A DNA stretch of 64,000 nucleotides from Utricularia gibba (lineage: Eukaryota > Plantae > Magnoliophyta): contig CM007989.1 in assembly GCA_002189035.1 (NCBI GenBank), positions 5,766,001-5,830,000 of the forward strand, read 5' to 3'. The translations under genes were made by a program, and so were the position numbers. Below, piece by piece: positions 59,875 to 64,000 of this stretch (the stretch's first letter is position 1; every line of letters begins with the position of its first letter). The notes beneath the pieces are model-generated. The model was not told the DNA's origin, searched no databases, and saw nothing but the letters and a program-made list of their open reading frames with translations.

Positions 59875-62409
59875 TGATAATACATATTTTTGAGTGATAG
59901 AGTATATGGAAATTACTCATATTGGGGTACAAAAATCATGTTTTATTACCTAATTCTATATTTTTATGCATAGTATCGTAGTTATGTTACTTTAGTTTTA
60001 ATTGGGACTAAATCTGCGATGTCAACAACATGCATCACATGTCGACAACACAAATCCCAAGGAGCCGAATATGAACAGTGTAGTGGCAAAGAATGAGGCA
60101 GAAGTATGAAAAGGAATACATACAAAATCCAAGGAAGAAAAAAGTAGAATTTCGGACAAAAATGACAATAAGGAGGGAGAGAGAAAAAGATCTCCCACAT
60201 TGGAGACACACGAAAAAATTCTTTCTAGAGAAGGTTTTTTTTTGGGGGGGGGGGGGGAGAAGTGTTGGGTTTCTCGTAGACATCGTATGTCTCAAAAGCA
60301 ACGGATAAGAATATTTTGAGAAACCCCCAATGCAGATCTTGGAATACCTTTCAGAGGACTCCGTTGTTCACCAACCGCCAGTAGCAGACGGCCTCTATGG
60401 TATCTACACGTGGAGCACTCCGTCGATAAACTTATCAAGGCTTTTGAATGCTGGTCGAATTTCTCAGGTGCTAGTAGAGAAAAACGCCTCATTGTGGATC
60501 AGTCTTAGAGAGCACGAAGACCTTGGAGCAGATCTCAAGATCTAAATCTTTTTTATAGATATATTGTGACATATCAAATCCTATCTCCATAAAGATCTTA
60601 TCTTGTGGAGACATGTATATGTGCCAAATCATATATATATGAGATCTTTTATTTTGAGTTTAATCAATATTAATCTCAAAATAGCTGTCTATTTAATTTA
60701 TCCACTTTACCAATTACATCTCATGTAATTGTGTCATTCTATTTTATATCGATGAGTGACTTCACTATTGTGTGTGACCCTATAGGCTTCTTCAATCAAG
60801 GCCGTAATAATGGATTTATTAATTAACTCTTAATTAATCAAATCCGTCATTATCGATCATGAGTGATGTCTAGCAACATATCATGATCCCCAAAATTAAA
60901 GAATAATCAAGTGAACTGATTGAGCCTTTTCATGACCAGCCACCATGCAATGAACAACTTTCATCATACTTATATCTCATTCGATACCAGAACATGGTTG
61001 TGTGTCTTTTTTATGTATCGAACTTATAATTGCATTCAAGCACTAATACTCAATGACCCACTCAAACAATTCGAGTGTCATTACCCTGGGCCCAGGACTT
61101 ACTTTTAGGCAATTATTTGAGATATGATCTCATCGCTAACATGAGTGATGAATCTTTTATTGATCAATCAACTATCTCCAACCTTAAGGAGTCACATCTC
61201 TACTCATCCATACTAGGCAAGCCATGGTTAGGCTCCCATTAGCAATGAGCCAAAATGTGAGCTTAAGATCAAGATAACTTTGTTGATCTCAAGTCCAAGT
61301 TTACTTGCACGGCTGTCATATTCGAGATCTTGCTACTGACACTTGGTTAGCTTCCCATAGTAGCATCTCGAAGATGAGTTATCTAGTGAATCGATTCTCT
61401 AATCAACACCCACACATAAGTTCTAGTAAACTAATTACATCAATTGTGAAAACCATTGCCTAAACTGTTTAGGGAACTCAATGTGTGCCAGCTTATCCGT
61501 ATTTGTGATAGCACATAGATCAAGTAGAGGATTTTATCAATGATGTAAACTTGATCACAATTCAAGGTAAACATCAAAGGATAAGATTTGCCAATGAATT
61601 GATTGTCTGTAGAACACATACACCAACAAGAAGAAGGAAGACGAACAGGAATGAAGCTGATGTTTGAAGACCATTTTCTATTTCCAAAGAATATTAGTCT
61701 TAGCTAAGAGTAGCTAGCGACATTTCCAACTTTCTGTTGAACTTTTAAATTCCCTGCTTGTTTATTTTCAAGTAGTCGATTGTAAGATGAGTACAATATG
61801 AATGATGTGTTCTTTTCTATTTTCGTTTATTTTAAGCATGAGTTGTTAAGTACTTAGGGGTGTCTCGAGATGAAAAGAGGAGATTTGTGCTAGTTAATCT
61901 TTAGACCTAATTAACCATAAGTTACACTACTTCCTTAACAAACCAGGATATATCCAGGAGGGGGAAGTAGTGAAACCCATATTAACAACCCTAATTAGAG
62001 GTAGACTATAGATTAGGGGAAAAACAAGAGTCCGGGTAGACCTAAACCTTGTATGTTATGTGTATGATTTATTGTTTGTTTGAGCATGTTTAGTAATAAA
62101 CATACATCCTCTAGAAATCTTAAGGCATCACTCATTTCATTTCATAAACAACCGAGTTCCCAAAGATATTACTTTTCTTTACTGTATTTTGTTGTAGTTC
62201 TGCCTTAGTCCTAATTAAGACCAATTCTACCAACGTAACACTGATTTCTTGCATTGAGCTTCACATAACAAGCACCTAGCTCCTTGTGTTCGACCCTAGT
62301 CCACTATGCTCATATTTTTCATATGATTTAATGTGAATTAGGTTTATAAATTTTATTTGATAAGAGAAATTTGCAATTCTAACGACGTTGCAATATTTTT
62401 CGTTTATCA
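59875..62409 (+). mobile_element. Athila-like solo LTR carrying a nested Angela-like solo LTR
   Basis: TGATAA...TTATCA termini; degenerate TSD ATATA / ATGCA; colinear with 19461-20030. Confidence 0.85.
60263..61628 (-). mobile_element. Solo LTR, copia Angela-like, 1366 bp
   Basis: Perfect TSD AGAAG (60258-60262, 61629-61633); inverted homolog of 12480-13975. Confidence 0.92.
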
Positions 62410-64000
62410 ATGCATCACTACATTTTGCTCACAATTTCAGCCACTTCAACCCAAGATTCATTCGGCATGAGGGTCATTCACTCTAAAGTATGATTTGATA
62501 CATAGAAGAATTTTTAGTAAAAGTCGATATCATAGTAAATGATTTCAAATGTCAATGGATAGAGGTATTGGGTGAGACGCTAAAGACAAATTAATGAGAC
62601 ATACCAACCAACCTGATACTTAATCACCTTCACCTATACTAAATTATTAAAATGATTCAATAAAATGAATTTGAATAATACATAACAATGATTACATATT
62701 GTTTAGAATTATATTTAAGTAATATTTTTCAATGTTTATTATAATAATTTATATTTTATAAATTAAAATATTATATAATTTGTGTATACCAGTTTAAAAA
62801 TATTTATTCAAGTATTTTTTTAATTTAAAAATGTTTCAAATAAATGTAAAATAAAATCAATTGAATCTAATAATTGTGGTAACTTATCCAATCTAGTATA
62901 TTTGAAAATATGAATTTTTAAAATATCAATAAATAAAGATTTAATAATAAAATTTTGAAAATTGAATTAATGCTTTCAAATTAATATAATTGATTTGAAG
63001 GAATAGAGATTTATAATTCTAAAAAAACACAACGATTGTTATTTTTTTTTATTAAATTTCATCTAAATTAATTCAAATAACATAAATTCCTATTATATTT
63101 TATTCAATTATATGCTAATATTGTTAAATATTGATTATTAAATTATCATTAAAATAAATTACCGTTTAAAAAAATAAATTGTTGCAACAATTTTATAAAA
63201 AGCCTTTGAAATAATTATTTTAAATACGTAATATATTATTATTTTTTATTAATAATAATCAATCTGTTTTTTATAATGAATAATCTTTAGTTAATAATTT
63301 TGATATTACAAATACAGATTTCACAAAAAAAGAATTCTGTTAATATTATAATAATAATTATGAAGAATCCATTTTTCTCAAAATCATTATTCTATATTAT
63401 TAAAATACAAATTATGATATTTATAATATACTCAAAAATAAAAAGTTGGGTAGTATTCTATATTTAAATATACACAGTTCACACAATAAGTACTTTTATA
63501 AAAGATATTTTTTGCATAAATAGTTTTCAGAATGATCTCCCACACTTTTACTCATAAGTTTTAGGAAAATTATGTTCCCCTAAAAACTTTTCCCTGGCTG
63601 ATTGCCAGCGAGCCTCCCCCTACTCGTTTAACTCTCTCCCCTTTTCTCCTTTTTTTTTTTTTTTTTTTTTTGTTCCCTCTCCAATTTCAGTTTCTCGTGA
63701 GGATTCGCATTTGTTGTTTTGAAACTATTCTAAAAAATATCTCATGGATTAGATAAATTGCTTGGTCTAGCTCAAATGGACTAGTCCTGTAAGGACTTCA
63801 TAGAACAATATACCACTTCGGCATCACATTAGAGACATATTTGGTCCAATTAAGTTTTCCTTGTGCAAAATTGGTTACAACAATTTTTTATTTTTCAGAT
63901 AAGACTAAAAAAGTCTATTAAATGGTTATAGACTAAGTGTTGGATATAATGGAGTTGTTACAAAATAAGCTGTCATGACAACAATCCACATAAGTCTTTT

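Larger units (their letters stand above)
59240..62560 (+). pseudogene. Mutator (MuDR) transposase C-terminal remnant, split by nested LTRs (coding remains 59240-59874 and 62410-62560)
   Basis: MMTNRVEGMNVVL..WHLII..LVQ; SWIM-like CEKWQNYGVPCSY; after the insert FQPL...RIFSKSR..MD. Confidence 0.65.

Noticed and set aside
62560-63500. Extremely AT-rich tract as a possible organellar insertion or replication origin
   Set aside because: No organellar gene fragments; consistent with MULE internal or intergenic sequence.

Overview
Eukaryotic (flowering plant, most likely eudicot) nuclear DNA: four intron-containing host genes in a matrix of nested, mostly decayed transposons. Host genes: chloroplast rhodanese STR14-like (15793-17026, -), SUMO1/2-like (24766-25816, -; as sequenced it lacks the C-terminal di-Gly), an unrecognised acidic protein with an 11-residue repeat and a C-terminal Cys-Cys (33610-34223, -), and acyl-activating enzyme AAE2-like (42536-44363, +). 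The most striking element is a complete 7.9-kb PIF/Harbinger transposon (45727-53655; 24-bp TIRs, TAA TSD). Between its convergent DDE-nuclease and Myb/SANT genes lies a third, spliced, chimeric gene. It joins a Tat-retrotransposon-like extra-ORF segment to an intron-retaining FCP1/NIF (HAD) domain and is bracketed by two long fold-backs and a 147-bp tandem array. Other features are two Tat-type gypsy remnants whose antisense ORFs share two introns, several solo LTRs with readable TSDs, a ~1.7-kb inversion that splits an LTR and flips half of a copia pol, copia, Athila, MULE and second-Harbinger remnants, and MITEs. All family assignments come from motifs I recognised by eye; no database searches were run. 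No tRNA, rRNA or CRISPR was seen.
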